A stretch of DNA of 64,000 nucleotides. Source: Dendrobates tinctorius. Its lineage: Eukaryota. How positions within the stretch are numbered: the stretch's first letter is position 1; every line of letters begins with the position of its first letter. Below the pieces are notes generated by a model, which saw nothing but the letters and a program-made list of their open reading frames with translations, did no database searches and was not told where the DNA came from. Positions 53,180 to 64,000 of this stretch are shown one piece after another. Made by a program: the position numbers and the translations under genes. The DNA lies in assembly GCF_039654945.1 (NCBI RefSeq), contig NW_027361838.1, positions 434,001-498,000 on the forward strand, read 5' to 3'.

Positions 53180-54042
53180 TGTTATGAATGGGTCACCGAG
53201 GAGAAAAAAAGCAAAACAAGCTAAGTCACAGAAAACCAGAGAGGTTGGCATCTATGCTGATTGCAGATCCCTAATCCTACTGCACAACTAGCAGCAGCCG
53301 TGGAGCGTACCTGCGATGATCCTAGACGCCTCGGCACGGCTGGAGGACTAAATAAGCCTAAAGCAAGAAAAGGGGAAACCTAACTGCCCCAGAGCAGACC
53401 CCAAAGGAAAGACAGCCCCCACACATGTATTGACGGTGAAACAAGATGAAAGCACAAACACAGGCAGGAAAATAGGCTGAGCAAACGATGGGGCCCAAAC
53501 TAACTAGAAAGGAAAGGAAAGGGAAAGACACTGTCTGCAACCTACAAAAAACCCTACAAAAATAATGTCCAACACTTCTGATAGCAAAATTAACCCTGAA
53601 GTCTCTAGACTTCTCCCACTATATCAGCACTCTGAAATATTCTGAGACAGAGCAAAAAGAGGCCAAACTAGTAAGGGACAAAAAAGCAAATTGGCATAAT
53701 AAGAGTGGAAATTCAGCACAGCCCCCAGCCGGGGCTGGCTGACCACACAAAAGCTGAATAGACCAACAAAATCAAGTGTGAACATTAGCAGAAAAACTTA
53801 GCTTTATATGACTGGAACAGAGCTGAAAACCAAGAGCTGACAAGCCAGAAGGAATCACCAGCAACTGAATAGGGCGTCGGCTGTCTTAAATCCAATCTGA
53901 GATTCCTGAGGTCCAATCGTCATCCTCATTCTCAGGTGGCAGATCTCCACCGATCAAATCAGCCTCACTACCTCCTGTTACCACCAGAGGGAGTCCGGAA
54001 GGAGAACTCGCAACTGGTAAACCAGAGAATGAACTCACAACA
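53180..54042. mobile_element. Solo LTR (863 bp)
   Basis: TGTTATGA...TCACAACA termini with catttc duplicated on both sides (53174-53179; 54043-54048). Confidence 0.88.
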
Positions 54043-56042
54043 CATTTCCCTGTTTGAGCATTGGGATTTTGCAATCTTCTTAAAGAAATGGGAACTATAA
54101 GAACAATTTTACCTGATAAAATAAAAGGGAGAGAGGCAGAGGAAAAGAAGAGAAGGAAAAAAAAAACCCACATAGAAAATGTTTTTTTTTATTATATTCC
54201 AAGTAATATAGATTCCACCTACAACTAGCCTCCCAACACTTTGGAGAGGTGTTCATGTGTTTTTAATCGATGATAATTGATTGAAGGGTAGAACTTTTTT
54301 TTTCCTCTATATAAATGTGTCTTTTAAAGATATATATGATTTCACCTGATGAAGGCTAATTTTATGTATTGCCAAAACGCGTTGTGTTTTTATGTCTACT
54401 ATTAAACTGGATATTCCTTGATATATTCAGAGTAATTAATGAATCAGCTGGAAGCGCTCCTTGACAAACTGGAAATCCTTTTCTGCTGTCAGTATACCCG
54501 ACATTCAGAAACCAGCGTGGCCTCAGCATGTTCTGAGATTCTCAAATGAATTGTCACCAAAAAGGGAGTAGGAAAAAAAAGATAAGAAAAGCAGTTACAT
54601 AATGTAGTTTGGAAGGAAAGGGAATTTTTTAATTAAAATAGTATTAGAAAATAGTTTAGATCATGGCATTAAATAGATAAACGTTTAGGATGAAAATTAA
54701 TTTGTATTTTGGACCACTCCTTTAAAGCAAGAAATCAACAGTAATCTGAGGAATAAGCAACATAATCTTCAAATTACTGAATCCAGCAACCTCTTTATAG
54801 TACTTACACTTAGGAAACAGAAATGTTATTAAAAGTTAAATCAAGTAAAATGTTTGGTTTCAAATTAAGAAAACATAAAAAGGCATAGTATTATAATGTT
54901 AAGCAAGGACAATGGGCAGTAGGAAGTGTGAAGTGAATATATGTAGGTCTTAATGAATACTTTCAAATGAAATGATTAAATATGGAATCCGGGCGGTAGG
55001 GCTAGCTGGCAAGCATTGATTGCCATTTGTCTGGCTATGCTGTTGTAAGCTCCCGACCACTCCTGTCAAATTTGCATTTCCTGCTGTTTCCTTTGTGACT
55101 AGAGTTATTGAAAATGTTTTCCATGAAAATCTAGTGGGCAAAGTTAAAGGAAAATATATTTTAATTTTAAAATGGCATAAAAAGGGTTTAACTATGCTCT
55201 GTAATTTACAATAGAAAATGTAAAAGTTGCTTTGATTTATTCCTGACTGCATAAAGTAGCATTTATGGTAAGATTAGAAAAAGTGTTATTCATAAAGTAC
55301 CTGTTACTGGTGTGTGTGATAATTACAATGTTCTACATGTAAACCTTTCTCTGTCAACTTTTTCCTTTTCCACAATAAACCAATTTCATTAAGGTTAACT
55401 CTTTGGCTACTCCTTTTTATTACTTAAGATGGTAATTCTTAGTCTAAGGAGTTTCATAGCTCTTTAAAATCAGTGGCCTATTTTTATTGATTGGTGGAGA
55501 TCTGACTCTTTTCACCTCTTCCAAAATAATAAATGACAACTTAAAGAATACATGTAAAAATATAATATAAATGCACAGCCCTATATTGCACATGATCCTT
55601 ATGGTATTCTTTCACTTTTGATCCTCCCAGTTGTTCATATGTCTACTCTAGCATACCAATTAGCGTGAAATGCTTCTTTAAAGGTTATGGATTCTTTTTA
55701 AGTGGAAATTTTACAGTGTTAGTGTTTACTTTTAGCTACGGTAATAAAATTGCACTAAGTTTCAGTCAGTAAATGTCATTCCTTTATTAATTTTCAGACC
55801 CCCCTAATATACAAATTGCAGCTTGACAAAAGTTTCAGAATTTTCTCTTGTGGGACTGTTCACCGGTAGTACAGTCTGGATGTGAAATCTGTATGTGACC
55901 AGGGAGCTGAGGTTGTCAGTAGCACATGCATCAGCACAGACTTTATCCTGCACTTATTTGCTTTACATGTACTTTCCCATGTATTTGTAGCCTGTTTAGT
56001 CTGCCCTCCCTGAGATACTTTTTCCCCACTCCATGATATGTA

Positions 56043-57646
56043 CAGTTGAAACCAGAAGTTTACATACACTATATAAAAAGACATGTTTTTCTCAATATCT
56101 GGCATGAAAGTAGTATAAACCTTTCCCATTTTAGGTCGATTGGGATTACGATAATTATTAATATTTGCCAAATGCCAGAATAATGAGAGAGAGAGAATGT
56201 TTTAAGGCATTTTTCTTACTTACTGCAAAGTCAAAAGTTTACATACATTAAGATTACTATGACTTTAAACAATTCTGGACTGCCCATATGATGATGTCAT
56301 GTGTTTGGAAGCTTTTGATAGTTTTTTTTACAACATCTCAGTTAATTAGAGACACACCTGTGGATGTGTTTTAATGCACACCTGAAACACACTGATTCTT
56401 TGTGTAGCATCATGGGAAAGCCTGAAGAAATCAGCCAAGATATCAGGAAGAGAATTGTGAACTTGCACAAGACTGGCTCATCCTTGGGTATAAGTTCAAG
56501 ATGCCTGAAGGTGCCTCGTTCATCTGTACAAACAATTATACGCAAGTACAAACAAGATGGGAATGTCCAGCCATCATACCACTCAGGAAGGAGACATTTT
56601 GTGTGTCCCAGAGATGAACGTGCTTTGGTCTGACATATGCATATCAACCCAAGGACAAAAGCAAAAGACCTTGTGAAGATGATGACAGAAGCTGGTAAGA
56701 TTGTGTCAACATCCACAGTGCAAGGAGTACTGAATCAATATGAGCTGAAAGACCACTCTGCAAGGAAGAAGCCGTTACTCCAAAAGAAACATAAAATAGC
56801 TGGAATAATGTTTGCAAATGCACACAACAATAAAAACCTTAATTTTTGGAGCCATGTCCTGTGGTCTGCTGATGAAACTAAAATTGAACTTTTTGGGTAT
56901 AATGACCATCATTATGTTTGGAGGAAAAAGGGAGAAGCTTGGAAGCCTAAGAACACCATCCCAACTGTGAAACACGAGGGGTGGCAGCATTATGTTTTGG
57001 GGTTGTTTTGCTGCAGGAGGGACTGGTGCACTTCACAAAATAGATGGCATCATGAGAAAAGAAGATTATTTGGAAATACTGAAGCAACATTTCAAGACAT
57101 CAACCATGAATTTAAAGCTTTGGCAGAAATGGGTCTTCCAAATGGACAATGACCCAAAGCATACTGCCAAAATGGTAAGAAAGTGCCTTAAGGATAACAA
57201 AGTCAATGTTTTGGAGTGGCCATCACAAAGTCCTGATCTCAATCCTATTGAAAATTTATGGGCAAAGCTGAAAATGCAGGTGCGTGCAAGGCGACCTGAA
57301 AACCTGGATCAGTTACACCTGATTTGTCAGGAGGAATGGGCCCAAATTCCAACCAACTATTTTGAGAAGCTTTTGGAAGGATATCCCAAACGTTGGACCC
57401 AAGTCATTCAGTTTAAGGGCAATGGTACCAAATACTAATGAAATTAACTTTTGACTTTACACTAAGTAATAAAAATGCCTTAAAACATTCTCTCTCATTT
57501 TTCTGGCATTTGGCAAATATTAATAATTATGGTAATTCTAAGTGACCTAACATGGGAAAGGTTTATTTTGAGTTCATGTCAGATATTGAGAAAAACATCC
57601 ATATGTGTCTTTAAATATAGTGAATGTAAACTTCTAGTTTCAACTG
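56043..57646 (+). mobile_element. Full-length Sleeping-Beauty-like Tc1 transposon, decayed
   Basis: TA|cagttgaaaccagaagtttacatacac ... tgtaaacttctagtttcaactg|TA. Confidence 0.95.
56412..57438 (+). pseudogene. Sleeping-Beauty-like transposase pseudogene
   Basis: MGKPEEISQDIRKRIVNLHK, ARKKPLLQ, FQMDNDPKHT, SPDLNPIENLW, QFKGNGTKY. Stop at ~56631 and a frameshift near 56985. Confidence 0.92.
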
Positions 57647-57739
57647 TATATCTCTGAATAACCCCCCTCACTGCTGCAGTCTCTAAGGCTATGTGCACAC
57701 GTTGCGGATTTTGTTGCAGATCCGCAGCGTTTTAAACAG

Positions 57740-58520
57740 CAGGTAATATCCCACAATACCAAGAAACGCCCTCACCTGCTTCTTGAAAAGCGGTTGAGGC
57801 CACTTCTGAATCGCCTCAACCTTGTTTATATGTGGCTTGGTATCTCCTCTACCGACGATATAGCCTAAGTACTTGGTTTCTTACTTTCCTACGGCAGATT
57901 TTTTCAGATTATGATAAACTCAGCTTTTCTCAAAGCATCCAGAATTGCATGCATCTTTGGTAGATGACTACCCCAGTCAAGGCTGAAGACCACAATGTCA
58001 TTAAGGTATGCTGCGACATAATTCTTATGCAGAGCTAGGTTCTGATCCATAGCTCTCTTGAAGGTAGCTGGGGCCTCCTGCAGTCAGAAGGGCATTCTGA
58101 TGTATTGAAAGCACCCATCAGATGTTGAGAAGGCTATCTTCTCCTCTGCACACTGTGACATGGGGATCTGCCAGTAGTCCTTTGTCAGGTTGAGGGTTGT
58201 AATGTACCTTGTGGGTCCAAGTCACTCAATTAATTCATCAATGTGGGGCATCAGATACGTGTCAAAACTGGACACCTCATTCAGCCTGTGGTAGTTGTTA
58301 CATAACCTCCTCTCACCGTCAGGCTTCGGCATGATGGGACTTGACCACCCACTTTTTGACTCCTCTATCCCGCTAAGGACAAGCATTTTCTTCACCTCAG
58401 TGATTCCACCACCTTGCCCGTTCCACTCCATCTGCTGGGTTGGCTATAGTGGAAGAGGTGCCAGTCTTCATTATATTAGTTATACTCTAGTGAAATTGAT
58501 GCCACTTTGGTGGAGTCTAC
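57740..58520 (-). pseudogene. Decayed Gypsy reverse transcriptase fragment (second family)
   Basis: IEESKSGWSSPI.PKPDG..RLC..Y.RLN, PHIDELIE, LTKDYWQIP, AAYLNDIVVFS, QVRAFLGIVGYY. Confidence 0.85.
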
Positions 58521-59189
58521 CACTAATTTTTGGAAATGTGTAGACTCCTGGTTGGGTCTCCTTCATGTGTGTTGCCTGTAGCAGTAGGCCTCTGAGACCG
58601 GCAGACTTCCACTTCCTTGCAGTCAACTAACAGTGTGACTATCCTTACATTTTTCTGACAATAGTAGTCTACGAAACTGATATTTGTGCCACCTGAGTGT
58701 GGCTGAGCATGAAATCAGGTTGAGCTGTTGCATGTGGTATTAGAGATCCCAGCACAGCAGGCCTACACCGATGCCTCATCCAACTCATCTTATATGAAGT
58801 TAATTTCAAATCTGTAAATGCTGGCCCAGACCCTGATACCTCAAGCATGGCTGATTGATGCCGTGTCATTCTAAAATTTGCACTGTGGGTCAATTGAGGT
58901 CACTTTCCTGGTGTCTGCCCCTAATTTGATGTGTTTTGGCAGCTTTTGAGCCCATTTGAAGGTGTTGTGTATGTGTTTGTTTTTGCCTCACATTGACTCC
59001 GATGGCTTTCAACTATGCTTGATGAATATTCAACTAAATAAATCAGTGAGTATTGCAAAATCGGCGATCGTAATCTGAACCGAATATTGAAATATTCGCT
59101 CATCTCTTCTTACCTGCACTGAGGATTGCTGGGCGTTTGTCTGTTCAGGTTGCCTCCTACTCCATCGCCTCCTTATCTGGTCTCAGTAA

Positions 59190-59778
59190 AGGCCCCATCA
59201 CATATAGCGACTCACCAGCGATCCCGACAACGATATTAACATGTCAGGATCGCTGGTGAGTCGCTACATGATCGCTGGTGAGCTGTCAGACAGACAGCTT
59301 CACCAGCGATCAGCACCAGCGACACCCAGTGCGCGGCATCGCTGTGTACTTAGTTACCAGCGCACTGATGCAGGGAGCTGGTAACTAAGGTACACATTGG
59401 GTTTCTAAGGGACGTGCATCACTTAGAACCCTGATATGTACCTTACTTACCAGCTCCCTGCATCAGCGCGCTGGTAACTAAGGTACACATCGGGTTTCTA
59501 AGCACAGCGCCGTGCTTAGAAACCCTGCGTTTACCTTAGTTACCAGCTGATCACTGGTCTCCCGCCTGTCACACGCAGTGATGCGTGCTGGCCAGCGGGA
59601 GACCAGCGACCAAAAAAATGTCCAGGGCTTTCCTACAGCGATCAGCGATACCGGCAGGGGGGCCGGTCGCTGATCGCTGTCACACACAGCGATCTCGCTG
59701 GTGAGATCGCTGTTGCGTCACAAAAAATGTGACTCAGCAGCGATCTCGCTAGTGAGATCGCTGTGTGTGATGGGGCCC
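59190..59778. mobile_element. Harbinger-type palindromic MITE
   Basis: TAA|aggccccatcacaca ... tgtgtgatggggccc|TAA. Internal duplicated hairpins. Confidence 0.88.
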
Positions 59779-61213
59779 TAAGACCTGCACCACCAACTTC
59801 AGCACAGCTAGGTGGAAACGATAGCAGGCTGTTCTGAAACTCATCTGTTTGGGGGACAAATCCCACAATGCACAACAACTATGGACTGGTATCAAACAGC
59901 AGACAGATGCTGGTGAATCTCAAGCCTTGTCTTGTGGGGTGCAATAACGGGCAAAATCTCATAGAAGCGCTAAGCCTAGGTGGTTTGAAGCACACCCCTA
60001 TTCTCAATTATCACTGTTAAGCTAAGTTATTAAAAAATCGTTTCGGCTTCATTCAGAAAACTCAGAAGATTTTTTTCTCAATTGTCATTCATATAACTCT
60101 TTTTATACTTCAGAAGTTATTAAAATGCATGAAATTAAATACGGTTTCCTATGTTATAGAATTGCAATACATCTGGAAAATCTGATGTTGAACTGCTGCT
60201 TTTTGCAAACCCATAGACATTGAAGGGCAAGTCTCATACAACATACAGACTCAAAATGTGAAAAAAATGCTCATCTGCTTTGCACCGTTGATTAACATTG
60301 GCATGATTGCTGTCCGTGTGCTTGTTTGTTTTTTGAAGGCAGCACTCAGACCAAAAATATGCTCTTGAGAACTTGGTCTAACAGTGAGGTTTAGTTTTGT
60401 GATTTTTTTCAGTATATTCTTCTCTTGGTCATTTACTCCATCATCCAGGACCATGATTTGTCTGGTTTTCTGTGAATACTAGTTATGCAAATAGCAATAA
60501 GTTAGCAAAAGTTAGTTAATTTGTAAAGCAGAAGAAGGGTATTAAAACCACAGAGCATCCTTGTCCAGCATGCTGGACATAAAAGAGAGCAGGATGGGCA
60601 GAGAAATAAAGTTATTCACAGGGGTGGTGAGGAGCAGATTCACTAATGTAGTAGCTGGGCCAGCTTTTTATTGACTCCAGTTGCTGTTTTTCAGTGGTGC
60701 AAGTTATTGCTCCCATGGTCAGTAAATCCGAGGGCTATTTGCAATACTGACAGTGACTCAGATTTTATATGCATGAATGCTTAACTAGTAACATGAATGA
60801 ATAATTTCCGAATGATAAGGAAATAATTTGCCAAAACTATAAATTTCTAGTGGGCCTTGTGGGATATCTTATAGGACAAATAGCTTACAACAGCTGCATA
60901 TCCTTCCCAGCTTTAATAATTATTCTCCATTTCATAAACACTAAAATGTAAATGTTGTCCAAAAGCACCATGAATATTATTTAATTTGCCAACCTAAAAT
61001 TTTAGAATATTTTTTATTGTTTCTGTCTCTAAAACGGTCAGGCTTATTCATTTTATGTTTTGTTTCAGAAATTAAAGGAGCATCTCTGACATTTTTTTTA
61101 TATTGATAATACATTTTCCTATTACATACATTTTTATCAACACCCCTAACTGGTGCATTGCATATTATGTATAGTGTGGATTTGACTTTAACAATTATAT
61201 TGTTACCTAATTA

Positions 61214-62522
61214 CCGTATATACTCGTGTATAAGTCGACCCGTGTATAAGTCGACCCCCCTAATTTTACCTCAAAAAACTGGGAAAAATGTATTGACTCG
61301 CGTATAAGTCGAGGGTGCACAGTGAGTGGCCTCAGTTATCTGCATAGTATGTGGCCCCAGTTATGATGCACAGTATGTGGCCCCAGTTATGATGCACAGT
61401 GAGTGGCCCCAGTTATCTGCACAGTGAGTGGCCCCAGTTATCAGCACAGTGAGTGGCCCCAGTTATGATGCACAGTGAGTGGCCCCAGTTATGATGCACA
61501 GTGTGTGGCCCCAGTTATGATGCACAGTGTGTGGCCCCAGTTATGATGCACAGTATATGGCCCCAGTTATGATGCACAGTATGTGGCCCCAGTTATGATG
61601 CACAGTGAGTGGCCCCAGTTATGATGCACAGTGAGTGGCCCCAGTTATGATGCACAGTGAGTGGCCCCAGTTATCATGCACAGTGAGTGGCCCCAGTTAT
61701 CATGCACAGTGAGTGGCCCCAGCTTTTCTGCACAGTGAGTGGCCCCAGTTATTTGCACAGTGAGTGGCCCCAGTTATTTGCACAGTGAGTGGCCCCAGTT
61801 ATTTGCACAGTGAGTGGCCCCAGTTATTTGCAGTGAGTGGCCCCAGTTATTTGCACAGTGAGTGGCCCCAGTTATTTGCAAAGTGAGTGGCCCCAGCTTT
61901 TCTGCACAGTGAGTGGCCCCAGCTTTTCTGCACAGTGAGTGGCCCCAGCTTTTCGGCACAGTGTGTGGCCCCATCATGTTGCTGCTGCCGCTGCCTCACT
62001 TACAAAAAAAAAAAAACCTGTATGCTCACCTCAGTCGCTGCCCCCTGCTCATCAGCGTTGCGCTCTGCAGTGACTGTGCAGGCAGAGAGCGCGATAGCGC
62101 CCTCTGACCTGAATGTCACTGCAGAGGACGCAAGACAGCAGAGCGCAGGGACAGGTGAATATGCCTCCCAACCCCCCCTTCATACTCACCGGGTCCTGGC
62201 GCTTGTCTCTGCAGCTCCTCTGCTTGTTCCATGTTGTCGGAGCTGCTCTCTTCCTGGTTCAGCGGTCACGTGGTACCCGCTCATTAAATATGCGCATATT
62301 TAATGAGCGGGTACCGTTTGACAGCTGAAGCAGGAAGAGAGCAGCGCCGACAACATGTAACAAGCAGGGGAGCTGCAGAGAAGGGTGAGTATGATCTGAC
62401 ACCCCCGCTCCCCCTCCCCCGCCGATCCCCCCCGGTATATGACTCGTGTATAAGTCGAGAGGGGGGACTTTCAGCCCAAAAAAATGGGCTGAAAATCTCG
62501 ACTTATACACGAGTATATACGG
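61214..62522. mobile_element. Non-autonomous Tc2/pogo-group element (CCGTA termini) with minisatellite and central palindrome
   Basis: TA|ccgtatatactcgtgtataagtcga ... tcgacttatacacgagtatatacgg|TA, perfect 25-bp TIRs. Confidence 0.9.
61316..61972. repeat. 25-26 bp minisatellite (gcacagtgagtggccccagttatgat)
   Basis: About 25 tandem copies, direct inspection. Confidence 0.95.
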
Positions 62523-62688
62523 TATTTTTATTCAGTAAAACCAGATCCTGGACCTATTTCTAATCTGCTTTTATTTTCTTGTTCTAGATTTATTTGGTTC
62601 CCTGTGCATCATTTTACCCTATAATGACCATTTTACCCTAACTGCTGATATACTTGGGCTAGATGGCAGCGTTCAGTGCTATGAGCTA

Positions 62689-63210
62689 CAGTTGTGGCCA
62701 AAAGTATTGACGCCCCTGCAATTCTGTCAGATAATACTCAGTTTCTTTCTGAAAATGATTGCAAACACAAATTCTTTGGTATTATTATCTTCATTTAATA
62801 ATATAATATATAAAAAACACAAAAGAGAATGAAGCAAAAACCAAAACATTGATCATTTCACACAAAACTCCAAAAATGGGCCATAGAAAAGTATTGGCAC
62901 CCTCAGCCTAATACTTGGCTGCACAACCTTTAGCCAAAATAACTGCGACCAACCGCTTCCGGTAACCATCAATGAGTTTCTTACAATGCTGTGCTGGAAT
63001 TTTAGACCATTCTTCTTTGGCAAACTGCTCCAGGTCCCTGATATTTGAAGGGTGCCTTCTCCAAACTGCCACTTTTAGATCTCTCCACAGGTGTTCTAAG
63101 GGATTCAGGTGTGGACTCATTGCTGGCCACCTTAGAAGTCTCCAGTGCTTTCTCTCAAACCATTTTCTAGTGCTTTTTGAAGTGTGTTTTGGGTCATTGT
63201 CCTGCTGGAA
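62689..63210 (-). mobile_element. Tc1 transposon 3' end, interrupted in the catalytic domain by the retrozyme array
   Basis: TA|cagttgtggccaaaagtattg TIR. Codes FQQDNDPKHT...WPAMSPHLNPLEHLW...AKY (62908-63210). Confidence 0.92.
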
Positions 63211-63392
63211 TGTGCAAAACAGAAGCCGCGGAGACACCATCACATGTTTCTCAACGCAAGCAATGACCAGCCAGGTCTTTCCCCGGGAAGGAACAACCAC
63301 GGGAAGGGCAGTCTCCAATGAAGGAAAAGTTCATTCATCCTCATTTTCACAGTCTTTTACTAGGCATTTCTCCTACCAGCCAGTTTCCTACT

Positions 63393-63434
63393 CCACACTG
63401 ATGAGGGGCAATACCCCGAAACAGCTGTCTGTGG
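63393..63434 (+). ncRNA. Type I hammerhead ribozyme
   Basis: ccaca-CTGATGA-gggg(caata)cccc-GAAA-cagctg-TC-tgtgg: complete catalytic core, stems I and II, palindromic stem III ACAGCTGT, GUC cleavage after 63429. Confidence 0.93.
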
Positions 63435-63743
63435 ATGGATACCATGTTTTGGCATAGGTGGTTTCCTTCATTGGAGACTGCCCTTCCCGTGGTTGTTCCT
63501 TCCCGGGGAAAGACCTGGCTGGTCATTGCTTGCGTTGAGAAACATGTGATGGTGTCTCCGCGGCTTCTGTTTTGCATGTTTTGCATATTTCCCATAAGGG
63601 ATGGGGGCATTGCTCTAGAATCACTGCGTTGAGAAACATGTGATGGTGTCTCCGCAGTGTTGGATGTTGATCTCCATGAGTTCATTCATCCTCATTTTCA
63701 CAGTCTTTTACTAGGCATTGCTCCTACCAGCCAGTTTCCTACT

Positions 63744-63785
63744 CCACACTGATGAGGGGCAATACCCCGAAACAGCTGTCTGTGG
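63744..63785 (+). ncRNA. Type I hammerhead ribozyme, second identical copy
   Basis: Same sequence 351 bp downstream. GUC cleavage after 63780. Confidence 0.93.
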
Positions 63786-64000
63786 ATGGATACCATGTTT
63801 TGGCATAGGTGGTTTCCTTCATTGGAGACTGCCCTTCCTGTGGTTGTTCCTTCCCGGGGAAAGACCTGGCTGGTCATTGCTTGCATTGAGAAACATGTGA
63901 TGGTGTCTCCGCGGCTTCTGTTTTGCATGTTTTGCATATTTCCCATAAGGGATGGGGGCAGTGCTCTAGAATCACTGCGTTGAGAAACACGTGATGGTGT

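Larger units (their letters stand above)
50640..54485. mobile_element. Non-coding Penelope-type insertion with inverted hammerhead-bearing ends, interrupted by a Tc1 and a solo LTR
   Basis: ~50916-51302 is inverted at ~54097-54485. Partial direct copy at 50641-50716. 15-bp flanking duplication ctgtcagtatacccg (50625-50639; 54486-54500). Decayed hammerheads at 51009-51051 (-) and 54343-54386 (+). Confidence 0.75.
63211..64000 (+). mobile_element. Hammerhead-containing 351-bp tandem repeat (non-LTR retrozyme) with an inverted 5' segment; runs off the window
   Basis: Units start at 63328 and 63679. One hammerhead per unit. 63213-63327 is the reverse complement of 63462-63576. No credible ORF. 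Confidence 0.88.

Noticed and set aside
61316-61972. CRISPR-like regular repeats
   Set aside because: Units are contiguous with no unique spacers, there are no cas genes, and the context is eukaryotic.
62555-62688. Splice-acceptor-like tract and partial CTCF-like motif
   Set aside because: No donor, no recognisable peptide, and the CTCF match lacks the 5' CC.
62908-63318. 136-aa ORF as a novel gene
   Set aside because: Chance fusion of inverted retrozyme sequence to a Tc1 C-terminus.

Overview
Repeat-dominated eukaryotic DNA, most likely intergenic or intronic sequence of an anuran amphibian (frog/toad); the organism is inferred from the transposon repertoire, not proven. No host protein-coding gene is recognisable. 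The window is a nested set of mobile elements: a CR1 LINE and an L2 LINE with open RT frames, a tRNA-derived SINE with an L2-type tail, six Tc1-family copies (one nearly intact DD34E, one Sleeping-Beauty-like), two decayed Gypsy pol regions, three solo LTRs, non-autonomous hAT-, piggyBac-, Harbinger- and Tc2-type elements (several palindromic or carrying satellites), and Penelope-type insertions. The most notable signal is a set of minimal type I hammerhead ribozyme motifs. Two canonical copies lie in a 351-bp tandem non-coding 'retrozyme' array that interrupts a Tc1 transposase at 63.2-64 kb. Two lie in a 1.4-kb foldback Penelope GIY-YIG insertion, and several are decayed. Three Penelope-type insertions have inverted ends and 15-16 bp target duplications, and the retrozyme array has an inverted leader of the same kind, suggesting one Penelope-driven mobilisation system. 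Most long ORFs in the track at 13-14.5 kb and 26.7-29 kb are minisatellite artefacts.
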